Program-made: the position numbers and the translations under genes
The notes under the pieces: model-generated
Databases searched by the model: none
What the model was told of the DNA's origin: nothing
What the model saw: only the letters and a program-made list of their open reading frames with translations
DNA from: an uncultured virus (IMG/VR IMGVR_UViG_3300009151_000002)
Lineage: Duplodnaviria; Heunggongvirae; Uroviricota; Caudoviricetes
Direction: 5' to 3' (one strand)
Virus record (IMG/VR): IMGVR_UViG_3300009151_000002
DNA length: 64,000 nt
Shown here: positions 46,901 to 55,651 of the stretch, in pieces
Layout: each line of letters starts with the position of its first letter
Position numbering within the stretch: position 1 is the first letter of the stretch

Positions 46901-48298
46901 TTGATTATTTAAAAATACTTTAAAGTATTCAATTCTTTTATCATCTGAAAGAGGAAGTCCTTTATTAGTAGCTTTACTTGTAATAACATCAGCCACTTTA
47001 TCAGCAAGTGCTTGATTAAAGTTACCTCTTTGAACATTCACTGGCATTTCAATTTCACCAAGAGCTTCTGTATTCTTCTTGATATAAAATTGATAAAATC
47101 CTTTATTTCTATCTCTACCTTTAGTAGATACAAGTTTAACTTCTTTAATATCTTCTTTAGTAAGTTTAATTGTTTTATTTAACTCTGCATTGATTTGATC
47201 AGCTTTTGCTTTACTAACTATACCAAAACTACCACCAGTGATTTGAGTAATATATGAAGCATTGTTATCTATAACATCCTTACGCATGTTATATACACCA
47301 TTCATTGCTTTTGTTTGTTCTTTAAGAACGGTACCAGATGCTAAACCTAATCTTTCAGCAATCTTACTAGCAGCAACTAAGGTGTTCTTATACATCTTAC
47401 CAGCTTTATGATAAATTGTGTAGAAAGCAGGTTTATTTTTGTTAAATGTATCTTCTAACAAATAAGGTTTTCTTATAAACTGATAAACAACAATACCATT
47501 TTCTTCATCAGTTATGTTACCATTCTTATCAAAATATATATAATTACCATCAGCATCAGTAATAACTGCAAGAACTCCTCTATATGATTTTGCAGTTTCA
47601 GATTTATCTTTAGATAGTTTATATTTATCCTCAAGACTTTCTGAAGGCATCATTTTTAAAAACACTTCTGTATCATCAATCATTGGATTGTCTTGCTCAG
47701 CAGGTTTTTCTTTGACACTCTTTACAATTTTTTTAATTACTGTTTCAAAAACTTTTTTGTCTTCTGATGTTACATCCTCTTCTTCCTGTGTTTCTTTTTT
47801 AGAAGGATCTTTTTGGTCAGCAAACTGAAATGTTGTGACATTAGGAAACTCAATTTTTGCTTTGTCTCTTGCTTTTTCTAATTCTGAATTCTCAGGATCA
47901 GTAATTTCTAAGTTATCTAATTGAAAGTTTTGATGTTCTAATTCATCTTTTACTTCTTTCTTAGATTTTCTTCTTACAGATTTTGTAACAAGCTTTTTTA
48001 CATTTTCTAAATTCTCAAAACTTTTTTTTATCTTGATTAACTTGTTAAAATCAAAATCTGAATCTAATAGCTTATTGCTTATATCTGATCTATTACTTTG
48101 ACAAACATTGATCACATAAGGTATGATTTGTGCATACTGTAAAGCCTTTTCTTCACCAGCAGCTTTTTCAATCCTAGTGTAAATATCTTTTGTAAATGCC
48201 TCAAAATCAAAACTTTCTGATGGTTTAAGATCAGAAAGTGTTTTGTAAGTTATTTTATATAAGTCTGAAATCTGAGTTTCATTAAGTGAACAAATCAT
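37901..48298 (-). CDS. Virion-packaged DNA-dependent RNA polymerase (crAss-like, two-barrel)
   Basis: 3465 aa; GDGQG, STQMRK, RIPVQG and KSGGDFDIDKL (DFDID at 41537-41551); zincin HEAWH at 46016-46030. Confidence 0.92.
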   Translation of the reverse strand: MICSLNETQISDLYKITYKTLSDLKPSESFDFEAFTKDIYTRIEKAAGEEKALQYAQIIPYVINVCQSNRSDISNKLLDSDFDFNKLIKIKKSFENLENVKKLVTKSVRRKSKKEVKDELEHQNFQLDNLEITDPENSELEKARDKAKIEFPNVTTFQFADQKDPSKKETQEEEDVTSEDKKVFETVIKKIVKSVKEKPAEQDNPMIDDTEVFLKMMPSESLEDKYKLSKDKSETAKSYRGVLAVITDADGNYIYFDKNGNITDEENGIVVYQFIRKPYLLEDTFNKNKPAFYTIYHKAGKMYKNTLVAASKIAERLGLASGTVLKEQTKAMNGVYNMRKDVIDNNASYITQITGGSFGIVSKAKADQINAELNKTIKLTKEDIKEVKLVSTKGRDRNKGFYQFYIKKNTEALGEIEMPVNVQRGNFNQALADKVADVITSKATNKGLPLSDDKRIEYFKVFLNNQRVSAKGVKNENNIFLEKATRGPLTLTINNEKFEGDEIFTTAVRDKIAQHLPQAIKFGDKGFIGANVNLTAKYMGVDKTYTDYEISGNKITPVEKNYIETVVLPFAYLQYEAESAKSVAGFNPYLAYAVPDEFTEDDSAFFPVAVDTQTQRPVKKTTQVQKNTTAETVVKEKAKVVQKKRATKKVETIEEIEEIIDPDLISLNVASNPSVNITPDELTGFNRSKDLDILDQVFTTEADKAEAEDWWANNPLSKYISLERITKVVNSNAFATFTGTGITLYEGDGGTAVDLYHEAWHGFSQLFLTKAEKIRLYEELKGQPKWANKSYFEIEEDIAEDFRDYARSKGKKEAPKGFLETVFRRMYQFLQNLFGKVSNQELATRPRDIASVKELFDKLYYASERPELLQNMQPSTDNMMFTQLNRAKAITSVKDVATKYEPFDSAESLKIVNYLDSMIPQVFDAYNKKFGVTSGPVKVLQTNTNREFLYQLLEKKLSEKLDAVRANLATRAAEGEDIEPEDLAQLPFLAKLLDNFGDIKQTIDSKDQKGVVAFHLQNSKFKILANKFIELEEDPTDIDNSRIVRLDGGNIFSSREAASQETKTILSSIYKIDRNKFTITTNDDGTKKLNVEYEIDPQTGLPVLLDEREMWSKVAKVTAGSFDKEEMYKRLADGVIDNPEFLQLLSYLPDRSKNADGTEKDYADKSEFTIETKFWQDLKKPRLSYVQLNLNIQKGQKETLAEARLQRTDFDRSKVLRDWQINFKTISKSKYISENKVLDLNGLVKDFKNNLNPKNVVSFLNALGLIMDTSNPTIASVLADPNFINKFGIKHIYDTLEHINNVNDPEKAKFLKDPIEYLKSSLPSSLDKGKAFDSSSRIKELANIQVRFSDKYSNFSAISPEGNRVWEHFLDNTFTRIMTSLNHADSWQQLTNPEADPNGLFRHMRYLAYDNNTYTEHSVLLKSLFNSLSDVTNPGGKKDNKLVIQNVAGTQLIDKNTDKSTGISTASMDATSKYLQEIHTMLMNGVEEFMRHASKQMSQGIVMKNGINTYGNKAAKNLYVDIEKFLPTTNSGEDYSFDILSGYLAGEVNRIFRFGSDVDKYSEFTGYTRPVKRKTGEIVMSGQALAAFEDVLSKDTQKKIYAIVDKAIATKNTDFDFSDIYEEDTTLALEIRKDVAKYFNELTKDLTDRLNKTKFIDPTLRSRIENKGVELTVDESDTTLMKAYAYNSWIHKFETSILGYGDLALYNHAKEEFHKRNAGFGGGGLGFASDLKSRSFINQMTKLFEPNKKPFDGTLTTGIIRERVIDKSVYYDEYYDALVKEYTKRFGYKAKAEDLAKTALKEYTKMKIGDGQGHISFETYRILKELEGNWLPEQEELYKKLAKGEEVSVEDIIHYFPPYKLQYCGAIETTGLPLVSFHKFSLAPIIPGVAKKGTPLYDLNEKMIAENMDYVLFESGSKVGHLGNGDDIIAKDGSIIKDVPFTKNVIFTEFLKNQTEVNSEFKGKSIFSTQMRKLILDNLYENGAINSPNEEDVVSPLVKRYLDNVADYTKLVKLELLEEIGFDETPDGGYKPRDKESIGKLLSLVRNNLENEESYSDEMINFIDALDSGELLHDLSLHPEALKIEKLLLSLINKRVIKQKVKGEPLVQVSSAFYENNLTESPNFRNATDADKKKWIGSNLLPTYHKMADGKTAAMKVMIALQGDYANLLNLEYNGETIGTIERLNQAIKDDVWLDANNGANRKAITLVGVRIPVQGLNSMEFMEVYEFLPPQAGNIIIPPAEIVAKSGGDFDIDKLTIFMTNIDTDGKLKERTYKNTEELKASLQNIKENKEESITKVFKQQKAGVENDLMNDIKEILELPQNFVSLITPNGTFLLKDIAEDLARDVMEYDPFKNYMTDTTTEPEEGKKIISATRVLEPLYNLYKHGSNIVSKKTLGLGAVENTMNVLLNSIGALMPETYTNYKGESRSTNIGLRHNVRIVNGKERISLSNLYDVDNTNKIADIFSQAMNGWVDVEKDAWIFFIQGNYEVAPILLYLVKAGVPVKEAIYFVSQPLVREYVDEQRLAKSTFAEVLGKAPEQKSFVKYQAATNIVDKYFNPKVLPAKGKSITRFEVGREMFNNYMKDRKSKNFTEKEMLGLIRESKNTLSAKSSDLSLTMFLHYLDIEDQIKGITQIKMNANPDTNTKSVLSDIETSEGRLENLEGNAELQPIISALMGDSIISSFFNNKLALSLAAPLFKLRYNPAIRTFIKSKDDSNELMENIKTTFGEDGRDNYLNTFRNDLVTYIFQNAIVKTDLKKGYMSYEAREIPVKEMLSDNFGAFVKTNKDGTKTLFYNLKNLQEEYNSKEWSNKTEEPNYYSQLGFHPLPANTFTIAKGNDAKAYARFVMEREYLRSVYPIAETEMEKTEYEEFLANRALDNTFNVNHMFRDPKNAFAIRVYDVITSNPKLANRFDILSKLQLNNNTSDTMFNLELIDRDIDNIKANIYTKNLTDLADPVVLKTLAKDLSLSDQEITYISDLFSRLPLFAYMQSGINKTSANLVPYVSTTPFLNIMDGAVEDFTKLLADPGKAFRLLEDFYNKFNAQNSYYNKEKNRFKNYFTDINFDKIESRVESTQPSTSVEANVNNYYTFNSAGVLKYKNKELDDLFLKLRDTYKIPSIPKTKEETRLFRLKNALLLTKNADTNDYIKIPDLSDIFTNTEALKLYKQYLNNINNSRDLFIERFKNDSLFNQEIEFRPGEIKKGYEFIPKTTKSLIDQPSILFLELFKNAGLKPGTDAYKAKLLDLKQFIDSKTTVLLNNAIKLELGITTTQPATETVEEQTNDLITTSDPNIFIFDDSKDDSAAFYKKLTSTNSTVGFVYNATKFEIDNNKDLPGQGYLRLVSKDTALPFVTSLTNNFDNFSNLAADKYQSVKNYFDRKIQELKNAKDLGNKIALPKAGIGDAKKMPKELFVYLSKRLFEELGYLNPGSTMYKDITEILSNKQGISDDEILASLGFESDPFNCV

Positions 48299-48299
48299 A

Positions 48300-51200
48300 T
48301 TAACAAGTTTTTGAATTATCTTCTAAGTTTTTGAATAAGTCATCTTTGGATGAATCATCTGCTTCTTTTTCATTTCTCTCTAAAAAATCTTTATTAGTAA
48401 GATTTTCAGAAGCATCAGTTTTAGTTTGTTCTGAGGCATCAACAGTTTCTTGAGAAGGTTTTACAGTTTCGGGCATTACAGTTTCATTAGTAGGTTTAAC
48501 AAAATTATTTTCAAGCTCATCTTCAGTTACTTCTTGAGTAACATCTCCGTACTTTAATATAACAGAATTTTTGTTAACTTTTACTATTTGTACAGGAGAA
48601 TCTTGATTTGTAAAGTTACCAATATCTTGTAATATATCACCCTTTTTCAATGAAGCAATGTTCACTTTTTCTTTTAATTCAAGAGATCTGTTTTCAAAAG
48701 CAATCTCAATTTTATCAAGAGTTAATTTATTATTTTTTCTATTTTTAATTAACTCTATCTTTTTAAGATGTAATGCTTCTAAGTCAGTAATATCAGCAAA
48801 AGCTTCAGTTGCTACATTAATACCGGATTCTTCTGGTAATAAATTATCAAGTTCTTCTGAGGAAGAATTGACTATTTTTTTGAGTTCAGAGATTGAAATT
48901 TCTTTCTCTTGTCCTCCGCTTGTTTCTCCAGAAACAGTCTTTGTTTGTCCTCTGGTAGGGCTTTGAATCTCAGGTACACTAGTCCCGGATTGTACTTCTG
49001 ACTCTGGTCCGAAGATTTCATTGAGTTCTTGTTCATATGGTTGTTCTTTAGCAATTCTGTTTTTAGCAGTTAAGTTAATTAAATTTAATTGATTGGTTAA
49101 TTCATTTAATGCATTAATTTGTCTGTCAACAGCATCAAATCCTAAAGCATCATTTTCCACCATTAACATATTTTGATATGCTAACAGGTTCACTATTGTT
49201 TCATCAATCCAATTTTTAATTTTAGCAAGCTCTTTACCCTTTCCTTTAAATTCTGATATACCTTTTGCAAACAATACATTTAACTCTTCAGGGAAGTTTT
49301 TCTCTAAGATAGTATCTAGTTCTTTTTCTACTTTAGGAGAAGCCTCGGAGAAAGAAGCTATTTGCTTTAATTCTTTTTGTGTATCAGCTGCGGTTTTACT
49401 TGCTCTGTTTTTTTGGAACTGGTTAGGTAATCTGTTTAATGCAAATATTACATCATTGCTGTTACCACCTAATACAAATACTTTATCATCAGTAGATAAT
49501 TTATTTCTTTCTTCCTGTAGTTCTTTTATTCTAGCTTGAGCTTTACCTATTCTTCTAATAAATGATGCTTGAGAAAGTGTATTGATTGTTTGTTTAAGTT
49601 TTTTAATTTTATTACTTATTCCAACAAAGTCAGAACCATCATTTCTTTTTTGTTTTTCCAAATTTGCAATTTCATCATTAAGACTTTCAATCTCTGTCTT
49701 AGCAGCTTGCATTCTTTGTCTTTCAGAATTTACCTTTTTTGTTAAAGCAGAAATTGATTGATCAAGTTCATCTCTTTTTGCATCATTCTTAAAATAAACA
49801 AGTTGAGTTATCTCACCTAAAGCATTTCTTCCTACAGTATATCTTACTCCATTTACAATTGCAATGTTTTCATTACTATTTTCAAACTTAGCATCTATAA
49901 CAGTCCCTTTGATAATAGAAATTTGACCAATGTTTTCAATTGGTGTTATTAAAGCTAAACCTGCATTAATTAATTCAACACTACCATCAGTAATATTTTT
50001 ATTTTTTGAAAGAAGAGGATATATTTCTTTACCTTTTTGAGTCTTTTGTAAGTCCTCAATTTTTTTCTTGATTTCAGCAGCTAATTTAGGATCTCCAAAT
50101 TCCCCTTCAGCAAGAGCCAAATCAGCCTTTAGTCCTGTTTCTTCATTTCCTATTAAAGCTTCAGACATAGATTGTTCAAAACCTAAATCAACTTCTACAC
50201 CATAGGTTCCATCATCTTGTAAAATTAAAGTACCAATCTTACCATTGTAAATCACTTGCTTACCTACATTATCTTTAAGTAATACTTTAGATGTATCAGA
50301 AGCATTTATTTGTAAACTTGGTTCAACTTTTACACCTTCTTCACCCGAAGTTTCTATCTCTGCAGCAATTGCTGGTGTAGACAAAGTTATACCTTCAGCT
50401 TCTACATCTGGTAAGTATTCAAGTTCAAGTGTATTAAATAACTTAGCTGTGTTTGGAACTAATGGTTCTAATGGTTTATCTTTATATTTTTCACCACCAA
50501 CAGTTACTTCAGTAACATATGAAGAAGCATTCTTATCCAATCTAATTCTCATTGGGAATAATGCAATCTTTGGAGTAACACCTGTCATATTATGATACAA
50601 GTTTCTATAAATAGAAAGCTGAGCTCTATATGCAACATTCTTCCAGCTGGTTGGATTATTAAAACTATTCCAAGATACAGATGTTTTAAAGTCTACAATC
50701 ATGATCTCACCTTTAGTATTAATCAATACTAAATCTGTTTCACCAGAAACACCATTTTCTAATAAACTTTTGTCAAATAGTTTAACATTATTAGTAAGTG
50801 GTAAATAACCTTTTGTATCTAAATCAGCTCTAAATCTTGTAACAATTCCTCTTTCACCAAACATTTGATTAAAAGCAGATTCACTCATGATGTCTGAAAT
50901 TTTAGTTTCTTTACCGTCAATTTCTACACTGTCACTATATTTAAATGAAGCCCAGGTACCTGTAGCAGCATCAATAGTAAAGAACATTTTTGTAGCAGCA
51001 TCTAGATTAGTACCAGCTTGAGCATTATTTGAAAATGATTCTTTTTCAATTAATTTTTTAAAGTTTTCTTCTGTTGTATCTTTTTCTAATGCAGCTCTAA
51101 TTCTAGCTTTCTTTTGCTCATTATTAAACTGTTTATAGTTTGTTCTTGCAAGTTCAGTAAATAGTTTCCATGCTTTATCAAATGCATCAACATCACCTTT

Positions 51201-54200
51201 TTTAACTGCAAGATTATATTCAGAAAAGAATGCTTTTACAATCTCATTTACATACTCATCATCATAACCTGGTTTTTTTGTACCTGGTACTTTAGAAGCC
51301 ATGTTATCAGAAATTGTAGTTACTCTGGTAGTAAGTTTATTATCAGGATCATCAGCAAATTTTCTACCTATCTTGTTACCATCTTCATCAAATACATCAA
51401 CTAATTCATCTTGTCTAGCTGCAACACCTTTCTTAAAACTTTCTAATACTTTTTCTGCTAAACTTACTGGTTGTAATGAGCCTTGTCTGTACTGTAGGAA
51501 TGTTTTAAGTTTATCAATGTCTTCTCCTATTTCTTTAAGATCTTGATCTGTAAGTTTTATTTCTCTATCTACCTGACCATTTTTATAAGTAGTGTAGATT
51601 TTAGTTTTAACTGCATTCTCTAGTTTGTCTATAATTGCATTTAAATTACTTATAGGAATTGTTGCTTCTATCTTTAAATTCTTAGCAATTCTAGAAGTTA
51701 AAACAGGAGGTTCTTTCAAAGCTTTAGCTCTAGCTTCACCTTCTTCTCTAACTTTCTTATTGTATTCATTTAATAAAGATGCACCATCAGAACTTTCTAA
51801 CCAGTTCTGTCTTAAATTAGAATATTTAATTACATCAGTATCTTGCAAACTTGCCGGATCTATATCAATAGACTCTAAATAAGCATCAAATTTTTCATTA
51901 ACTTCATTTTGCAAATCTTGAGGATAAGCATCATAACCCATCTGTGCAGTAAAATCTTCTTGAGTTACTCTGTCTATGCCTTTTTCTTTAAACTCTGTTT
52001 CTAAATCAGCTTCAAACTTATCATATCTAGTGTTTATAGCACCAATTCTTTCTTCATTAACTTTGAAAGATTTAGTATCACTAACACTAATTATCTCTAA
52101 AGGATTTTGTTTAAGAATATTATTTTGTTCTTCAATTTTTTGAGCAAGTAGTGTAGGAGATTTTTCTGTTAAAGCATATATAATATCAATTGTTCTATCA
52201 ATAATATCAGGATCAGAACCAGCCTTAGGTCTTTTAAATTGACGTGATGCAATAGCATTAATAAGAGTACTATCTGTTTCTTCTTCTATTAATTGTAGTT
52301 CTTCTGCTGATAATAATTCATCAGCAAGTTCTGTAATTTTATTTGAATCTACAGGATCATTACCAATTACATCTAATAAAGTTTGAAGCTTATTAATTTT
52401 TTCAGAAGCAAGTTTTTGATCCTCTTCTAATTGTTTATTTTTATCATAAGCTTCTTGATTTTGAGCATATGCATCTTGTAACTCAACTCCTGTTTCATCT
52501 TTAAATGCTTGTTCAAAATCTTCATTTGCTTTATTTAATTCAGTAGTTTTTTGTTGTCTTAATTCAGATAACCTATCTTCATATTTTTGTTGCAAGGTTG
52601 CAGGATCACCTGCTGCTCTTTGTTCAGATAGTTGAGCTGCTATTTGAAATAAATAAGCATACTCTTCATATAAAACACTATCTTGATTTATAATCATTTC
52701 TTTAGTTGTGTCTATAAAATAAGATGGTAAATAATTTGGATTATTACACCATTCAGCAAACTCATCTAAATCAACAAATATACCTTTAGAAGCTAAAGTA
52801 TTTAATACTTCATTTTTCTCCACATCAGAGATTTCTTTATTTACAATTTCTTTATAATATTCTTTTCTGTTATTATAAAGATCTTTCATCCAAGTGAAGT
52901 TTTTATTTAAATGATCATAAAAACCTTGAGGATCAGCCAACATGTTAACATATTTAGCCATTGCTGTGTTCTCATGTCTTAACAAATGAATGTCAAACAA
53001 AGAACCAAAAAGATCATCAATACCTCCATTATTGTCAAGCTCAGCTCTTAATTTTGCTTTTACTTGATCTACATCATCAAAAGATCCATCTTCTTTATTA
53101 TTGATAGCTATAGCTTCAAGTACATCTTGAAAACTATCTAAATAATCTGTTACTCTTGAGTCACTAACATCACCATTTTCTTTAATGTTATTTAAAACTT
53201 CCATAAGATTTGCACCTGTGATATTTTCTTGGGTAGTATGAAATGTATTTAATGCATTAAGTAATGTTCTTTTTCTATTGATTTCTTCAGACAGTCTAGG
53301 ATCATTTGTAGAAGCTGCAGAATCAATTTCTTCCATAAGGTAATTGATCTGAGCACTTAATTTATTAGCGTCAGATAAAATACTGAAATTACTAAAAGCA
53401 CTTGATGACAAAGATTTAATTTTATTAGCAGAACCATATAACTTTTCTAGTCTCTTTAGTCCGTCATCAAAACTGTTCTGTAGGAACACAAAGCTGTTTA
53501 TTGATTCCAGATATGCTTGGTTATATATTTGTGCTACTTGATGTTCTGGTGAACCTTCTTTATAGTTATTTAAGTCAACAAAGTCTTTGAACTTATCTCT
53601 TGCATAATTAAATCTTGCTTCAGTTACTTTTGCAGAATTAATTGCTTTATCAATATTTTGTAAAGCTTTCTCTCCTTGACCTTGTTCTAATGACCATGCT
53701 TCTTCTAGTTCTTCAGGAGATAATGTTTTGTAATCACCAAGATTTTTAACAAACATATCAAAAGTTCCTGTTCTTAAAGCTGTAAGTACTGAACTTTGAA
53801 AAGCCTGAAATTCTAAATCTTTAGCGTCTTTCTTAGTAACATTATCAGGATTATCCACAGCTTTTGCTACAAGCATTTGTGTAGAATAATTACTCATTCT
53901 AGGATCAAAGAAATACTTAGCATTTTTATGCATGTTATTTAATGCATTGACAATGTTGTCTGCTTGAGCTCCTCTTTCTTTTAGATTTTTTTCATATAAT
54001 GCTTTATCTGTATATAATCTACTAAAGTTCTTAGTACCAAATTTAAATAATTTACTTGGTCCTTCTAGTAAACTTCCCATTAAGAAACCAGATGCAAATG
54101 TTTCTGCACCTTGTTCATTCATTTGTTTACCAAGTCCATCTAATAAAGCTCCGATACTATACATATATCCTGATGAAGCTTTGCTATAATAACCATCAAC

Positions 54201-55649
54201 AAATTGTTTTTCTGTTGCTGAAGCTAAAACTTCCTGACCAATTTCCTGAGCACCTTCAACAAGATTTTTCTTAAAGTAGTTTAATGCTCCTGCACCAAGT
54301 TTTTTTGGATCTTTTAAAGCTTTAAGAGAATTTTTTAAAGATATAGCTTCTTTAGAATAATAAGATTTTGCAATATCATCTGCTGGATTAAATACTAGTT
54401 GAAATTCTTTTCCAACTTCTCCTACTACTTTTCCAAAATTAAATCTAGGTACACCTTTTAAAAAACTAGCTCTTGTAATAGAAGGAAAAGCAATCTTGTT
54501 TGAATTAAATACTAATCCTGTATTCCATATTGTATTTTTAAAACCAGCTTTTTTAGCTTGCTTCATCATTTCTACTTGTTGTTCAGAAGATGGAGCTTGA
54601 CCAAATTTAGCATAGTGGTCATTGTACAATTTATCATAAACAGATTTCTGAGCAAAACCTCCTTCCAATCTACCTTCAGATAATGCTAAGTTTACACCCA
54701 TTATATCATGCCAAAATGCACCAGCAGTTTTAGATACCTTAGCTAATCTAGTTATGTCATCAACTCCTTTTAAAGATTTGTATGCATCATATGTATTCTC
54801 TAATGGATTTAAAAATTTAGCGGTCCCTTTTACAGCTGATGTAAAAAAGTTCTTAGCAGCATTTATGTTTTTTAATTCATTAACAGCAGTACTAATTTTA
54901 CCAATATTTTTAACTGATTGAAAAAGGGCACTAGGAATTTTTGCAAATGCTTCTAACCCTTTTATAGCACCACCTATAAGAGCACCAGGACCAGCACCTG
55001 CACCTCCACCTCCTACAGCTCCAACAGCAGCACCAATCATCATACCTTCTGCAGCACCTTCTAATAAAATACCTGCAGAGTATGAAACAGAGTTTAGTAA
55101 GTTTGTAGTAAATCCACCTACACCACCTTTACTAGAGTAACCTATAGCATTGTAATACTCATAATCTTTTGCTTCTTGTCTACTTGCATCAAGATCACCT
55201 CCAAAACCACTTGCATATGAATTTAAAGGAGACATAAAACCAAGTCCTACCATAGGTAAGGCTGCATTTACAGCCCACCTTTTCATATCATCAAATGTAT
55301 TTGTCTGTTGATTGTATACAGCTTCATTATCAATATTAGGATCAAAACCTATTTTATTATAAGTCTCTTGACCATAAGCTTTGTATCTTGCTTTAAAAGA
55401 AGGTCCTGATGGACTATTATCATAAGCATATACATTACCATATTCATTCTTATCTTGAAAAGCAGCATCACTTGCAGTAATTGAATTAGAAATAGCTTTC
55501 ATACGATCTCTACTACTACTAGTATTTTTAGCTGGTGTATTAGGAGTCACACCAGACATTGCTTGTCTAGTGTCAATAATTTTACTTGTGTTAGATAAAT
55601 TATTAATATCTAAATCTGCCATGCTTGGAACAACCTTAGTATTTGCCAT
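48300..55649 (-). CDS. Giant virion ejection protein with glycine-rich membrane segment and PD-(D/E)XK nuclease domain
   Basis: 2449 aa; GAAVGAVGGGGAGAGPGALIGG; SGETDLVLI...IVDFKTS...YRAQLSIY; extensive coiled coils. Confidence 0.85.
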   Translation of the reverse strand: MANTKVVPSMADLDINNLSNTSKIIDTRQAMSGVTPNTPAKNTSSSRDRMKAISNSITASDAAFQDKNEYGNVYAYDNSPSGPSFKARYKAYGQETYNKIGFDPNIDNEAVYNQQTNTFDDMKRWAVNAALPMVGLGFMSPLNSYASGFGGDLDASRQEAKDYEYYNAIGYSSKGGVGGFTTNLLNSVSYSAGILLEGAAEGMMIGAAVGAVGGGGAGAGPGALIGGAIKGLEAFAKIPSALFQSVKNIGKISTAVNELKNINAAKNFFTSAVKGTAKFLNPLENTYDAYKSLKGVDDITRLAKVSKTAGAFWHDIMGVNLALSEGRLEGGFAQKSVYDKLYNDHYAKFGQAPSSEQQVEMMKQAKKAGFKNTIWNTGLVFNSNKIAFPSITRASFLKGVPRFNFGKVVGEVGKEFQLVFNPADDIAKSYYSKEAISLKNSLKALKDPKKLGAGALNYFKKNLVEGAQEIGQEVLASATEKQFVDGYYSKASSGYMYSIGALLDGLGKQMNEQGAETFASGFLMGSLLEGPSKLFKFGTKNFSRLYTDKALYEKNLKERGAQADNIVNALNNMHKNAKYFFDPRMSNYSTQMLVAKAVDNPDNVTKKDAKDLEFQAFQSSVLTALRTGTFDMFVKNLGDYKTLSPEELEEAWSLEQGQGEKALQNIDKAINSAKVTEARFNYARDKFKDFVDLNNYKEGSPEHQVAQIYNQAYLESINSFVFLQNSFDDGLKRLEKLYGSANKIKSLSSSAFSNFSILSDANKLSAQINYLMEEIDSAASTNDPRLSEEINRKRTLLNALNTFHTTQENITGANLMEVLNNIKENGDVSDSRVTDYLDSFQDVLEAIAINNKEDGSFDDVDQVKAKLRAELDNNGGIDDLFGSLFDIHLLRHENTAMAKYVNMLADPQGFYDHLNKNFTWMKDLYNNRKEYYKEIVNKEISDVEKNEVLNTLASKGIFVDLDEFAEWCNNPNYLPSYFIDTTKEMIINQDSVLYEEYAYLFQIAAQLSEQRAAGDPATLQQKYEDRLSELRQQKTTELNKANEDFEQAFKDETGVELQDAYAQNQEAYDKNKQLEEDQKLASEKINKLQTLLDVIGNDPVDSNKITELADELLSAEELQLIEEETDSTLINAIASRQFKRPKAGSDPDIIDRTIDIIYALTEKSPTLLAQKIEEQNNILKQNPLEIISVSDTKSFKVNEERIGAINTRYDKFEADLETEFKEKGIDRVTQEDFTAQMGYDAYPQDLQNEVNEKFDAYLESIDIDPASLQDTDVIKYSNLRQNWLESSDGASLLNEYNKKVREEGEARAKALKEPPVLTSRIAKNLKIEATIPISNLNAIIDKLENAVKTKIYTTYKNGQVDREIKLTDQDLKEIGEDIDKLKTFLQYRQGSLQPVSLAEKVLESFKKGVAARQDELVDVFDEDGNKIGRKFADDPDNKLTTRVTTISDNMASKVPGTKKPGYDDEYVNEIVKAFFSEYNLAVKKGDVDAFDKAWKLFTELARTNYKQFNNEQKKARIRAALEKDTTEENFKKLIEKESFSNNAQAGTNLDAATKMFFTIDAATGTWASFKYSDSVEIDGKETKISDIMSESAFNQMFGERGIVTRFRADLDTKGYLPLTNNVKLFDKSLLENGVSGETDLVLINTKGEIMIVDFKTSVSWNSFNNPTSWKNVAYRAQLSIYRNLYHNMTGVTPKIALFPMRIRLDKNASSYVTEVTVGGEKYKDKPLEPLVPNTAKLFNTLELEYLPDVEAEGITLSTPAIAAEIETSGEEGVKVEPSLQINASDTSKVLLKDNVGKQVIYNGKIGTLILQDDGTYGVEVDLGFEQSMSEALIGNEETGLKADLALAEGEFGDPKLAAEIKKKIEDLQKTQKGKEIYPLLSKNKNITDGSVELINAGLALITPIENIGQISIIKGTVIDAKFENSNENIAIVNGVRYTVGRNALGEITQLVYFKNDAKRDELDQSISALTKKVNSERQRMQAAKTEIESLNDEIANLEKQKRNDGSDFVGISNKIKKLKQTINTLSQASFIRRIGKAQARIKELQEERNKLSTDDKVFVLGGNSNDVIFALNRLPNQFQKNRASKTAADTQKELKQIASFSEASPKVEKELDTILEKNFPEELNVLFAKGISEFKGKGKELAKIKNWIDETIVNLLAYQNMLMVENDALGFDAVDRQINALNELTNQLNLINLTAKNRIAKEQPYEQELNEIFGPESEVQSGTSVPEIQSPTRGQTKTVSGETSGGQEKEISISELKKIVNSSSEELDNLLPEESGINVATEAFADITDLEALHLKKIELIKNRKNNKLTLDKIEIAFENRSLELKEKVNIASLKKGDILQDIGNFTNQDSPVQIVKVNKNSVILKYGDVTQEVTEDELENNFVKPTNETVMPETVKPSQETVDASEQTKTDASENLTNKDFLERNEKEADDSSKDDLFKNLEDNSKTC

Positions 55650-55651
55650 TA

